In this document: positions 29,287 through 38,141 of the stretch, one piece after another
Layout: each line of letters opens with the position of its first letter
Numbering within the stretch: position 1 is the stretch's first letter
Source of the DNA: a bacterium
GTDB lineage: Bacteria; Chloroflexota; Limnocylindria; Limnocylindrales; Limnocylindraceae
Length of the DNA stretch: 49,476 nucleotides
Assembly: GCA_037128565.1 (NCBI GenBank)
Contig: JBAXWE010000003.1
Span: forward strand, 1 to 49,476
Reading direction: 5' to 3'
The notes under the pieces: generated by a model
What the model saw: only the letters and a program-made list of their open reading frames with translations
Databases searched by the model: none
What the model was told of the DNA's origin: nothing
Position numbers and translations under genes: made by a program

Positions 29287-31587
29287 CTAGGAGCCCTCCC
29301 CTGGCTCCCCCGCTGCGTTCCCGTCACTTTCGCCACCACGAACAACGCCACTCGCATCAGCGGCAATCTTGTCGCGATTCACTACACGTGCGGTGGATCC
29401 ATCAAACGAGCCGATGTAACCCTTCTCTTCGAGCTGATCGATGATACGGGCAGCTCGCGCGTAACCGATACGCAGGCGGCGCTGCAGTAGCGATGCAGAG
29501 GCGCGATCATGCACTGCAACAACCTGCACGGCCTCATCAAAGAGTCGGTCTGCCGGTTCATCGTCGCGTCCGCGATCCGCACCGCCTCCACCAGTTCGTT
29601 CTGCGGATGCGACGATCCCAAGTTGATAATCTGGCAACCCTTGATCGCGCCAATGGGAGACTACCGCGTTGATCTCCCGATCTGAGACGAACACTCCCTG
29701 CATGCGCGTAGGTTTTGGCGCATCGGATGGTTGGAAGAGCATATCGCCGCGACCGATAAGATCTTCGGCTCCAGGGGCGTCGAGCACCGTGCGTGAATCA
29801 ATCTGGCTCGCCATGGAGAAGGCGATTCGACTTGGAATATTGGCCTTGATTAGCCCAGTGACCACATTGACTGATGGTCGTTGCGTGGCGAGGATCAAAT
29901 GGATGCCAGTAGCGCGGGCTTTCTGTGCAATTCGCACGATTGACTCTTCTGTCTCTCGACCATCTTGCATCATCAGGTCGGCGAGCTCGTCAATGATGAT
30001 GACAATGGAGTACATGCGATCGTTGACGTCCTCGCGGCTGGAGTTGTAGCCCTCAAGATTTCGTGCGCCAGCGCCTGCGAACATGCGGTAGCGATTCTCC
30101 ATTTCCAGAACCGCCCATTTCAAGGCGGAGGCGGCCTTATCCGATTCGGTAATCACAGGCACGAGTAGGTGCGGCAGTCCGTTATATCCAGATAGTTCGA
30201 CGCGCTTCGGGTCAACCAGGATCATGCGTAGCTCCTGAGGAGTTCGGGCAAAGAGGAACGAGGCAATGATGGCGTTCACCATCACGCTCTTCCCTGACCC
30301 CGTTGCCCCTGCGATCAAGAGGTGCGGCATGCTTGCAAGATCGCGCACCTGCGGTGTTCCGCCAACATCTTTACCCAGCGCAAACGGAATTGCTTGGATT
30401 GGTGTCCAGGCACCCGCCTTATCAATGGGTGTGAGCAGTGGTTTAAAGCGAATCGCTTCAGCTTCGTGATTCGGAATCTCGATACCGACGACAGCCTTGC
30501 CAGGGATCGGCGCCTCAATCCGGATTGAGCGGGCACTGAGCGCCATTGCCAGATCATCACCAAGGCCCTCAATTCGACTAATCCGCACGTTCGGAGCAGG
30601 CGTCAGTTCGTACTGGGTAACGACCGGTCCCGGATTGGCCGTGACTGAGGTGATCTCAATGCCGAGATCGCGCAACTTCTGCACGATGATCGCGGCATTC
30701 GCTTGGTGAATGCTGGCATTCGGGCTGACAGATTTCCCCGGGGCATCCAAGAGGTTCGTGGAGGGTAGTCCCCATGATGGCGCTCCGCCAGTTCTGAGAT
30801 TGCCCTTAGGTGTCGCTGTTCCGCTCGCAGAACCGGCCCCTGCACCCCGTGCTGGGGCCCCAGTCCGCACGTTCACAGTACCTACCTCGTCATCGGTATC
30901 AGAGATCGCAATGGGAATTATTTCGATCGGAGTTGGTGCCATATTGATCGTTGGTTGACGTGCAGCGTCAGCCTGAATTCGAGCCGCTTCGGCGGCGCGT
31001 GCAGCCTCTCGCGCAATCATCGCCTGTTCGCGCGCATCAGCGACCTTTTCAATTCCACTTCCGACAGCCTCAGCCCCCACCTTTGCCCCCGCGAAGAGTG
31101 TGGCGAAGAGTGTGCGCACCACAGATTCCGCAAGGATCAGTCCAACTCCGACCAGGATCGCTGTCCATGCTGCAAAGGCTCCGATGCCGGTAAGCAGGCT
31201 TGCAGCGCCGTTGCCAGCAATGCTACCGATGCGGCCGCCGTGGGTCGGAAAAACAATTTCAATGAGCGCAAGCAGGCTGACGAGTGCAAGCAGCGACAAA
31301 GCGATGCGCAGAGGAACACGTGAGGCGGTGGCGGCACGGCGTTCAATCCAAACAGCAAAACCGATGAGGAGCATTGGAACGAGCCAACGTCCTGCGCCAA
31401 ACCACGGTGCAAGTACGTCGCGCAACACATCGGCGAGCACCCCGCGCCCAGGAAGTATCAGGCCGACAGCAAAGATGACGCCAGTGACAGCAAAGGCGAG
31501 CGAAAGCAGCGTACGGAGCGCCGAACGTGATGCCAGCGGGGCGCGACGTGCTTGGCGCCCCGTGCTCTCTCCTCCCCGCTTAGCCAT
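29287..31587 (-). CDS. ftsK: DNA translocase FtsK
   Basis: TM N-terminus, IRIEAPIPGK, HLLIAGATGSGKS, IDELADLM, ATQRPS, gamma domain LLQRRLRIGYARAAR. Confidence 0.98.
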   Translation of the reverse strand: MAKRGGESTGRQARRAPLASRSALRTLLSLAFAVTGVIFAVGLILPGRGVLADVLRDVLAPWFGAGRWLVPMLLIGFAVWIERRAATASRVPLRIALSLLALVSLLALIEIVFPTHGGRIGSIAGNGAASLLTGIGAFAAWTAILVGVGLILAESVVRTLFATLFAGAKVGAEAVGSGIEKVADAREQAMIAREAARAAEAARIQADAARQPTINMAPTPIEIIPIAISDTDDEVGTVNVRTGAPARGAGAGSASGTATPKGNLRTGGAPSWGLPSTNLLDAPGKSVSPNASIHQANAAIIVQKLRDLGIEITSVTANPGPVVTQYELTPAPNVRISRIEGLGDDLAMALSARSIRIEAPIPGKAVVGIEIPNHEAEAIRFKPLLTPIDKAGAWTPIQAIPFALGKDVGGTPQVRDLASMPHLLIAGATGSGKSVMVNAIIASFLFARTPQELRMILVDPKRVELSGYNGLPHLLVPVITESDKAASALKWAVLEMENRYRMFAGAGARNLEGYNSSREDVNDRMYSIVIIIDELADLMMQDGRETEESIVRIAQKARATGIHLILATQRPSVNVVTGLIKANIPSRIAFSMASQIDSRTVLDAPGAEDLIGRGDMLFQPSDAPKPTRMQGVFVSDREINAVVSHWRDQGLPDYQLGIVASAERTGGGGADRGRDDEPADRLFDEAVQVVAVHDRASASLLQRRLRIGYARAARIIDQLEEKGYIGSFDGSTARVVNRDKIAADASGVVRGGESDGNAAGEPGEGS

Positions 31588-31590
31588 CGC

Positions 31591-33330
31591 TTAAACCTCC
31601 ACCACCACAGGAACAACGAGTGGGCGACGTCTCGTCTCCTTGCCCAGGAACCGCGAAACCGATTCACTCAGCTGCGCCTTGATAAGGCCCACCTCTGCCC
31701 CGCGGTCGCCCTTGTGCTGGATTGCCTTCAGGGCGATGGTAATCGCCTCCTCAACGAGCTTGTTGTCCTCATCACCGTTGAGGAAGCCACGGGTGACGAG
31801 TGCCGGGCGACCAACGGGCTTACCGGTGCGTGCATCAACGGTGGCGATCACGACGACGATTCCGTCGTCAGCGAGCGTGCGTCGATCGCGCAGGACAATT
31901 TCACTGATCTCGCCAACGGACGATCCATCCACAAAGACAGATCCATGTTCGACCGGCTTACCACGTCGTGCGCTGCCGTCGGCAGAGAATTCAACCGGCG
32001 TGCCGTTGTCGATAATGAACACTGCGGATGGAGGCACTCCCATTTGTGTGGCAAGTCGGCCGTGGGCCACCTGCATGCGCATCTCGCCGTGCATCGGCAC
32101 GAAGTACTTTGGCTTGGTGAGCGCAAGCATCATCTTCAGCTCCTCTTGCGAGGCGTGGCCTGAAACGTGCACCTGCGCAATGGAGTGATAGATCACATTT
32201 GCGCCAGACTTGAAAAGATTATCGATTGTCCGGCCAACCGCCTCCTCATTTCCTGGGATTGGCGATGCCGAGACGATCACGGTGTCGCCGTTTTGAATCT
32301 CAACGTTGCGGTGTTCGCCGTTCGCCATCTTCGCGAGGCCTGCCATCGGCTCGCCCTGCGCACCGGTAGTGGCGATCACGAGTGGCTCTTTTGTACGGCG
32401 CGCGATCTCCTCTTTCGCAAGGAGTGGAGTTGGGAATTTCAGATAGCCAAGGTCGCGTGCAATCTTGACGTTCTGCTCCATTGAGCGACCGACAACAGCA
32501 ACCTTGCGGTGGAACTCCCCTGCCGCATCAAGCACCTGCTGAATGCGCGCGATATTCGAGGCGAAGGTCGCAATAATGACGCGGCCAGGTGCGGTGCTAA
32601 TGATCCCCTTGAACGCCTGGCCAACGACCTGTTCGCTCGGCGTGTAGCCGGGAGCCTCAGCGCGCGTGCTATCTGACACCAGTGCAAGCACGCCCTGTGC
32701 GCCAAACTTTGCAAGCATGGCGAAGTCTGCCGTCTTTCCGTCGGCTGGAGTCTGGTCAAACTTAAAGTCACCGGTGTGGATCACCGTTCCGACAGGTGAA
32801 TGGATTGCGTAGCCCATGGCATCTGGGATGGAGTGCCCGACGCGGAAGGCCTCAATGACGAACGGCCCAACCTCAAGTTTGCCGCCTGGATCGAGCGGGC
32901 GCAACGGGTTTGCGGTGACCTTGAACTCCTTCAGTTTGTTGGCGAGGAGCCCTCGTGCAAGGGTGCTGGCATAGACCGGTACACCGGGGAGCTCAGGGAG
33001 GATGTGCGGAAGTGCACCAACATGATCCTCGTGCCCGTGGGTGATCAGGACGGCCTTTACCGCGCTGCGGCGTGCGCGCAAGTAACTGATGTCAGGAATG
33101 ATGATGTCGACGCCAAGGGTGGTCTCGTCGGGGAAGGCGAGGCCGCAGTCAACGAGGATGATGGTGTCCTGGTACTCGTAGAGGTAGAGGTTCTTGCCGA
33201 TCTCCCCCATGCCGCCGAGCGGGATCAGGCGCAGTGCTGGGCCGCTGACAGCCGCCTTGTGGGGTCGGCGGGCCTCTTGGGGGTGCTTGGCCTCAGCTGG
33301 CCGGCGTGGTGGTTGCGGGCGTCGCGTCAT
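31591..33330 (-). CDS. rnj: Ribonuclease J
   Basis: PLGGMGEIGKN, THGHEDHVG, HTGDFK, GAQGEP, HVSGHA, PMHGE. Confidence 0.97.
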   Translation of the reverse strand: MTRRPQPPRRPAEAKHPQEARRPHKAAVSGPALRLIPLGGMGEIGKNLYLYEYQDTIILVDCGLAFPDETTLGVDIIIPDISYLRARRSAVKAVLITHGHEDHVGALPHILPELPGVPVYASTLARGLLANKLKEFKVTANPLRPLDPGGKLEVGPFVIEAFRVGHSIPDAMGYAIHSPVGTVIHTGDFKFDQTPADGKTADFAMLAKFGAQGVLALVSDSTRAEAPGYTPSEQVVGQAFKGIISTAPGRVIIATFASNIARIQQVLDAAGEFHRKVAVVGRSMEQNVKIARDLGYLKFPTPLLAKEEIARRTKEPLVIATTGAQGEPMAGLAKMANGEHRNVEIQNGDTVIVSASPIPGNEEAVGRTIDNLFKSGANVIYHSIAQVHVSGHASQEELKMMLALTKPKYFVPMHGEMRMQVAHGRLATQMGVPPSAVFIIDNGTPVEFSADGSARRGKPVEHGSVFVDGSSVGEISEIVLRDRRTLADDGIVVVIATVDARTGKPVGRPALVTRGFLNGDEDNKLVEEAITIALKAIQHKGDRGAEVGLIKAQLSESVSRFLGKETRRRPLVVPVVVEV

Positions 33331-34010
33331 TCAGCCTCCCCTTGCGTGCTGGAACGGGGCCGAGTTGGCACCGAATCCACCTCGCGTAGGGTAGCCTCCC
33401 CCGCCCCTTCGCGAGCATTCGCGTTGAGATACGCCCGCAAGGCCGCCATATCGCGCTCCAAGATCGGTCGCAGGTTTCCGTTGTGCAGTGCTGCTGCAGG
33501 GTGGTAAAGGGGGAAGAGCACGGCACTGCCGCGCTGGTCAGTCACTGTCTGTGCGTACGGACGCCCGTGCACCTCGGCGATCTTCGCAGTGGGCGCAAAG
33601 ACAGCAAGCGCGTGCCTCCCGAGGGTCGCGATAACCCGCGGCTGAAGCGCTTGCAGTTGCCGCGAGAGGAGCGGGGCACAGGCAGCAGTTTCCATGCGCT
33701 GGGGGTTGCGATTCCCCGGGGGTCGACATTTCACGGTGTTCAAGATGAAGACCTCCTCGCGCCGGAGGCCGATTGAAGCCAGGAGATCGTCCAGAAGACG
33801 ACCAGACGCGCCCACAAACGGGCGGCCAGCCTGATCCTCTCGTGCGCCAGGAGCCTCCCCAACAAAGACTAGGGCTGCCGTTGGGCTCCCCTCTCCGGGA
33901 ACTGTCTGTGTTCTCGTGGCCGAAAGACCACACGCCGTACAGGTGGAGGCGTCGCGGGCGACCGAGGCGAGCTCGAGGGCAGCTCGGTTAGGCGTCGTGA
34001 TTCGCTCCAT
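33327..34010 (-). CDS. Uracil-DNA glycosylase family 4 (Fe-S)
   Basis: CTACGL, GEAPG, GRPFVG, KCRPPGNR, YHPAA. Confidence 0.93.
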   Translation of the reverse strand: MERITTPNRAALELASVARDASTCTACGLSATRTQTVPGEGSPTAALVFVGEAPGAREDQAGRPFVGASGRLLDDLLASIGLRREEVFILNTVKCRPPGNRNPQRMETAACAPLLSRQLQALQPRVIATLGRHALAVFAPTAKIAEVHGRPYAQTVTDQRGSAVLFPLYHPAAALHNGNLRPILERDMAALRAYLNANAREGAGEATLREVDSVPTRPRSSTQGEAE

Positions 34011-35037
34011 GGACCAGACTCATGCTGACCAAGAGCTCGGCAATCTCAACGGCGTTCGTTGCGGCGCCCTTTCGCACATTGTCGCTGACCACCCAGAAGG
34101 CGAGCCCATGCTCAACGCTGGCGTCGGTCCGGACTCGGCCCACATAGATCTCGTCGCTGCCGGCTGCATCTGCCGCCAGTGGGTATGAGTGGTTCGCAGG
34201 GTCGTCAACAACGGTTACCCCCTGCAGTGCAGCAAACGCAGTACGGGCCTGATCGGGGCTCAGTGCTCGAGATAACTCAACATGCACCGCCTCGGAGTGG
34301 CTCCGTTCAACCGGAACTCGGACCGCCGTCGCAGAGATGCGTAGGTTCGGTAATTCAAGAATCTTTCTGCTCTCGTTGACGACCTTCGCCTCCTCTTTGG
34401 TGGAGCCGTCAGGGAGAAACACATCAATGGCAGGGATTGGGCTTGACACGACGGCGTGCGGATAGATTGTTGAAGCGGGTGTGTCGCCGCTGACCACGCT
34501 AGCGCGCTGCTGTCGGAGATCTTCTATCGCTTTTGCGCCTGCGCCGGAAACCGCCTGATAGGTGGCAACAACGACCCGTTGCAGCCCGGCAGCATCAGCG
34601 AGCGCCTTTAGTAGCGGTGCAAGCTGCATCGTCGAACAGTTGGGGTTGGCAATGATCCCCTTATGCGTTGCGAGCGCCCCTGGATTCACTTGGGAGACAA
34701 CCAGCGGAACACTCGGATCCATACGCCAGGCGCTCGAATTGTCCACCACGACGCACCCTCGCGCCGCCGCCTCTGGTGCATAGGTCAGGCTTGCCGCGCC
34801 CCCCGCGCTAAAGAGCGCGATATCTATGCCGGTGAATGAATCGGGCCGAACCTGCTGCACCGGAATATCTGCACCATGAAAGCGTACGGTACGACCACCG
34901 CTAGTTGCGGCCAAGGGGATGAGCGTACGCACTGGAAAGTTGCGCTCCTCAAGTACGGCAATCATGGTTTGCCCAACGAGGCCGGTCGCGCCAAGCACGG
35001 CGACGACGTAGCCCTCTTGGTGCGATGCGGTACTCAT
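33988..35037 (-). CDS. asd: Aspartate-semialdehyde dehydrogenase
   Basis: GATGLVG, DNSSAWRM, IANPNCST, YQAVSGAG, DNVRKGAATN. Confidence 0.97.
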   Translation of the reverse strand: MSTASHQEGYVVAVLGATGLVGQTMIAVLEERNFPVRTLIPLAATSGGRTVRFHGADIPVQQVRPDSFTGIDIALFSAGGAASLTYAPEAAARGCVVVDNSSAWRMDPSVPLVVSQVNPGALATHKGIIANPNCSTMQLAPLLKALADAAGLQRVVVATYQAVSGAGAKAIEDLRQQRASVVSGDTPASTIYPHAVVSSPIPAIDVFLPDGSTKEEAKVVNESRKILELPNLRISATAVRVPVERSHSEAVHVELSRALSPDQARTAFAALQGVTVVDDPANHSYPLAADAAGSDEIYVGRVRTDASVEHGLAFWVVSDNVRKGAATNAVEIAELLVSMSLVHGANHDA

Positions 35038-35044
35038 ATCGCCC

Positions 35045-35050
35045 AGTATA
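35045..35050 (-). promoter_or_regulatory. -10 element TATACT, leaderless promoter of asd
   Basis: TATACT is 7 nt upstream of ATG 35037. Confidence 0.62.
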
Positions 35051-35052
35051 CG

Positions 35053-35087
35053 ACTGAGGACCTGCGGGTTAACCGCAAGTCCTCAGT
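35053..35087. terminator. Long hairpin downstream of pnp (probable terminator or stability stem)
   Basis: ACTGAGGAC-c-TGCGG-gttaa-CCGCA-a-GTCCTCAGT, starting 27 nt after the pnp stop. It has no U-tract on the pnp strand. Confidence 0.55.
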
Positions 35088-35113
35088 TGTTTCTCTTGAG
35101 TTTCGGGACACGG

Positions 35114-37711
35114 TTACTCCTGTGGCGCGGCCTTATGACGCTGCATGGCGGCGCGGCGCGACAGGTTCACCCGACCCTGGCGGTCAACTTCAGTGACCAC
35201 AACCATGATCTCGTCGCCAACGGCAACCTCATCCTCGACGGTGTTCACACGGTAGTCCGCGAGCTCGCCGATACGTACGAGGCCTTCCTTGCCTGGAAGG
35301 ATCTCAACGAAGCAGCCGAAGCCCATGATGCGGGTGACCTTGCCCATGTAGAGCGCACCGAGCTCAACCTCTTTGGTGATCCCATTAATCGCATCAAGGA
35401 CGCCCTTGGTGCGTTCTGGATCAGCCGACGCGATCTGTACGGTGCCGTCGTCCTGCACATTGATGTTGACCTGGAAGTCATCCTGCAGCTTGCGAATGAC
35501 TGCGCCACCCTTACCAATGATGTCGCGGATCTTCTCCGGATTAATCTTGATCGTGGTGATGCGTGGTGCGAAGTCAGAGAGCTCAGGACGAGCCGTGCTG
35601 ATGATCGCATCCATCTTGTCGAGGATCTCGAGGCGCGCAGCGAGCGCATCCTTGAGGCCGGTGCGAATGATCGCCCCGTTAATCCCCTGCACCTTGATGT
35701 CCATCTGCAAGGCGGTGATCCCTGTGCGGGTTCCCGTCACCTTGAAGTCCATGTCGCCGAAGGCATCCTCTTTGCCGAGGATGTCGGTGAGGACGATGAA
35801 CTCGCCATCTGGCTCCGACATCAGGCCCATTGCAGCACCAGCTACTGACGCCTTGAGCGGCACACCGGCATCAAGGAGTGAGAGGCTCGAACCGCAGGTT
35901 GAGGCCATTGAGGTCGATCCGTTGGAGGTCACGCACTCTGAGACGACTCGGATGGCGTATGGGAACTCCTCGATCGATGGGAGCACTGGGATCAGTGCGC
36001 GCTCGGCAAGGGCTCCGTGCCCAATCTCGCGTCGCCCTGGGCCACGCATCGGCTTGTTCTCGCCGGTGCTGTACGGCGGCATGTTGTAGTGGTGGATGTA
36101 GCGCTTCTCAGTGATCGGCGAGATCGTGTCGAGACGCTGCCCCTGTGCCACTGGGCCAAGGGTGGCCACGCTCAACGCCTGCGTCTCACCGCGGGTGAAG
36201 AGGCCTGAGCCGTGTGCGCGTGGGAGCAGACCAACCTCTACAGAGATCTTGCGGATCTCATCAACCTTACGGCCGTCGAGGCGAATCCCCTCCTTCATCG
36301 TCAGGCTACGCGCGGTTTTCTTATGCATCCAACCGAAGAGGTTCTTTCCAACACGCGCCTTGCGGCGTGCTGCTTCAAAGATTGCCTTCGGCTCGCCCTT
36401 GCCACTGCGTGCGGCACGGATAGAATCGGCAATCCCCTCCTTGAGCGTCGCGAGGCGACCCGGGAGTTCGTTGGCGAGGAGTAGCAAGAGCTCAGCTGTT
36501 GCTTCAGCGTCAGCTGCGGCTCGATGGTTCGGAGTTGTCGCTGCGCCGTAAACACGGGCGAGATCTCCGAGCTTGAACGATTCGCTCTCTGGGTACGCCT
36601 CCTTGAAGAGGACGTAGGTGTCAAGATAGCTGCCCTGCTCGGTCGCGAAGGTGCGACCCTTGCCGAGCGCCTCGTCGAGGAACGCGACGTCAAAGCCAAG
36701 GTTGTGTCCAACAAGGATTGCGCCCTTGGCGAATTCAGCAATCTTCTCGGCTGCTGCCTTCGGCGTGAGCCCGCCCTTGATGTCCTTGTTCGTGATGCCG
36801 TGCATCTGGGCGCCAACGATGCCATTGCCGGCGTCAACAAAGCTGCTCCAGCGGTCGGTGATCTTGCCACCCTTGACCTTCACTGCGGCGACTTCGACAA
36901 GATCCGAAATCTTTGGATCGAGACCGGTTGTCTCAGTGTCAACGATCACAAAGGTGCCGCCGTTCGCGGCCGCCTCGGCAAAGGCAAGCACGCTGTCGGT
37001 GCTTGGCTCGATGTACGGAACGCGCTTCTCCTTGCCAACTTTGGCGCGCAGCTCCTCCTGGAGGGCAACGAGCGCCTTGATGGCGCCGTGTCCGAACTCA
37101 ATGGCTTCAGCCATCTTGTCTTCAGTAATCAGGTTGGCGCCGGCCTCGACCATCATGATCGCGCTGACTGTTCCTGAGACCACCAAATCGAGATCACTCT
37201 CCTTGAGCTGTTCGAAGGTTGGGTTGATCACAAAGGCACCGTTGACGATGCCGACGCGGACTGCGCCGATTGGCCCAAGGAACGGAATCTCAGAGATCGT
37301 CAGCGCCGCAGAGGCGGCGAGCGTTCCGAGAATATCTGGGTCGTTCTCCTGGTCCGCGCTCAGCACGGTGATCACAACCTGCACGTCGTCCTTGTACCCC
37401 TCTGGGAAGAGTGGTCGAATCGGTCGGTCGGTGAGACGAGCGGAGAGCGTTGCGTTCTCGGAGGCTCGCCCTTCGCGCTTGATGTATCCGCCTGGAATCT
37501 TCCCTGCGGCGTACATGCGCTCTTCGAATTCAATCGTGAGGGGGAAGAAGTCGAGACCTGGTCGTGGCTCGCTGCGGTTTGCAGTGCCAAGGACCACGGT
37601 GTCGCCGTAGCGAACGGTGACTGCACCGCCGGCGAGGCGGGCCATTCGGCCTGTCTCAATCGTGAGGGTCTGACCGCCGAACTCGGCGGATACGCTGGTG
37701 ATGTTGCTCAT
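35114..37711 (-). CDS. pnp: Polyribonucleotide nucleotidyltransferase with an inserted DEDDh 3'-5' exonuclease domain
   Basis: PH1 (DFFPLT, AGKIPGG, DRPIRPLF), PH2 (RREIGHG, SNGSTSMAS, DAFGDMDFK), KH (IIGKGG) and S1. Insert at about aa 252-413 carries DTETTG, GHNLGFD and HRAAAD. Confidence 0.97.
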   Translation of the reverse strand: MSNITSVSAEFGGQTLTIETGRMARLAGGAVTVRYGDTVVLGTANRSEPRPGLDFFPLTIEFEERMYAAGKIPGGYIKREGRASENATLSARLTDRPIRPLFPEGYKDDVQVVITVLSADQENDPDILGTLAASAALTISEIPFLGPIGAVRVGIVNGAFVINPTFEQLKESDLDLVVSGTVSAIMMVEAGANLITEDKMAEAIEFGHGAIKALVALQEELRAKVGKEKRVPYIEPSTDSVLAFAEAAANGGTFVIVDTETTGLDPKISDLVEVAAVKVKGGKITDRWSSFVDAGNGIVGAQMHGITNKDIKGGLTPKAAAEKIAEFAKGAILVGHNLGFDVAFLDEALGKGRTFATEQGSYLDTYVLFKEAYPESESFKLGDLARVYGAATTPNHRAAADAEATAELLLLLANELPGRLATLKEGIADSIRAARSGKGEPKAIFEAARRKARVGKNLFGWMHKKTARSLTMKEGIRLDGRKVDEIRKISVEVGLLPRAHGSGLFTRGETQALSVATLGPVAQGQRLDTISPITEKRYIHHYNMPPYSTGENKPMRGPGRREIGHGALAERALIPVLPSIEEFPYAIRVVSECVTSNGSTSMASTCGSSLSLLDAGVPLKASVAGAAMGLMSEPDGEFIVLTDILGKEDAFGDMDFKVTGTRTGITALQMDIKVQGINGAIIRTGLKDALAARLEILDKMDAIISTARPELSDFAPRITTIKINPEKIRDIIGKGGAVIRKLQDDFQVNINVQDDGTVQIASADPERTKGVLDAINGITKEVELGALYMGKVTRIMGFGCFVEILPGKEGLVRIGELADYRVNTVEDEVAVGDEIMVVVTEVDRQGRVNLSRRAAMQRHKAAPQE

Positions 37712-37787
37712 TCTGTTCTCCTGTCAGGCCGCTGGCGGTTCTTCCGTCAGCGTGCCGATGTAGTCCCAGCCAGAGGCTGGGGGGTGG

Positions 37788-38057
37788 TTAGCGACGAAGT
37801 CCGAGCTTCTCGGAGAGCGCGGCGTAGCGCGCTGCATCTTCACGCTTAAGAAATGTCAGCAGTCGACGTCGCTGACCGACGAGCTTCAAGAGCCCGCGGC
37901 GCGAGTGGTTGTCCTGCTTAAAGGTTTGCAGGTGCGACGTCAGTCCCTGAATGCGCTCCGTCAGGAGTGCGATCTGGACATCGGCAGACCCGGTGTCAGT
38001 ACCGTGACGCCCGTTTTCGGCAACGATGCGTGCGGTGGTTTCTTGGTCTAGTGGCAA
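37788..38057 (-). CDS. rpsO: 30S ribosomal protein S15
   Basis: [41 protein letters not shown] start at 38057 after SD AAGGAG gives 89 aa. Confidence 0.97.
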   Translation of the reverse strand: MPLDQETTARIVAENGRHGTDTGSADVQIALLTERIQGLTSHLQTFKQDNHSRRGLLKLVGQRRRLLTFLKREDAARYAALSEKLGLRR

Positions 38058-38138
38058 GTGGTGGTTCTCCTTACATCGGAGGTGCTCCAAGGGCACCCCT
38101 CATCTCTTCATCACATCTTGGATGTGCATAGGGTAGCA
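38058..38138 (-). promoter_or_regulatory. rpsO promoter (TGcTACCCT) and structured leader
   Basis: Extended -10 at 38138-38130. The leader has a GGTGC/GCACC stem and ACATC/GATGT pairing next to the SD. Confidence 0.5.
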
Positions 38139-38141
38139 AAT

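Noticed and set aside
36473-36958. PNPase insert as an intein or homing endonuclease
   Set aside because: No N-terminal Cys/Ser with C-terminal His-Asn splice motifs, and no LAGLIDADG or HNH. The motifs are DEDDh.
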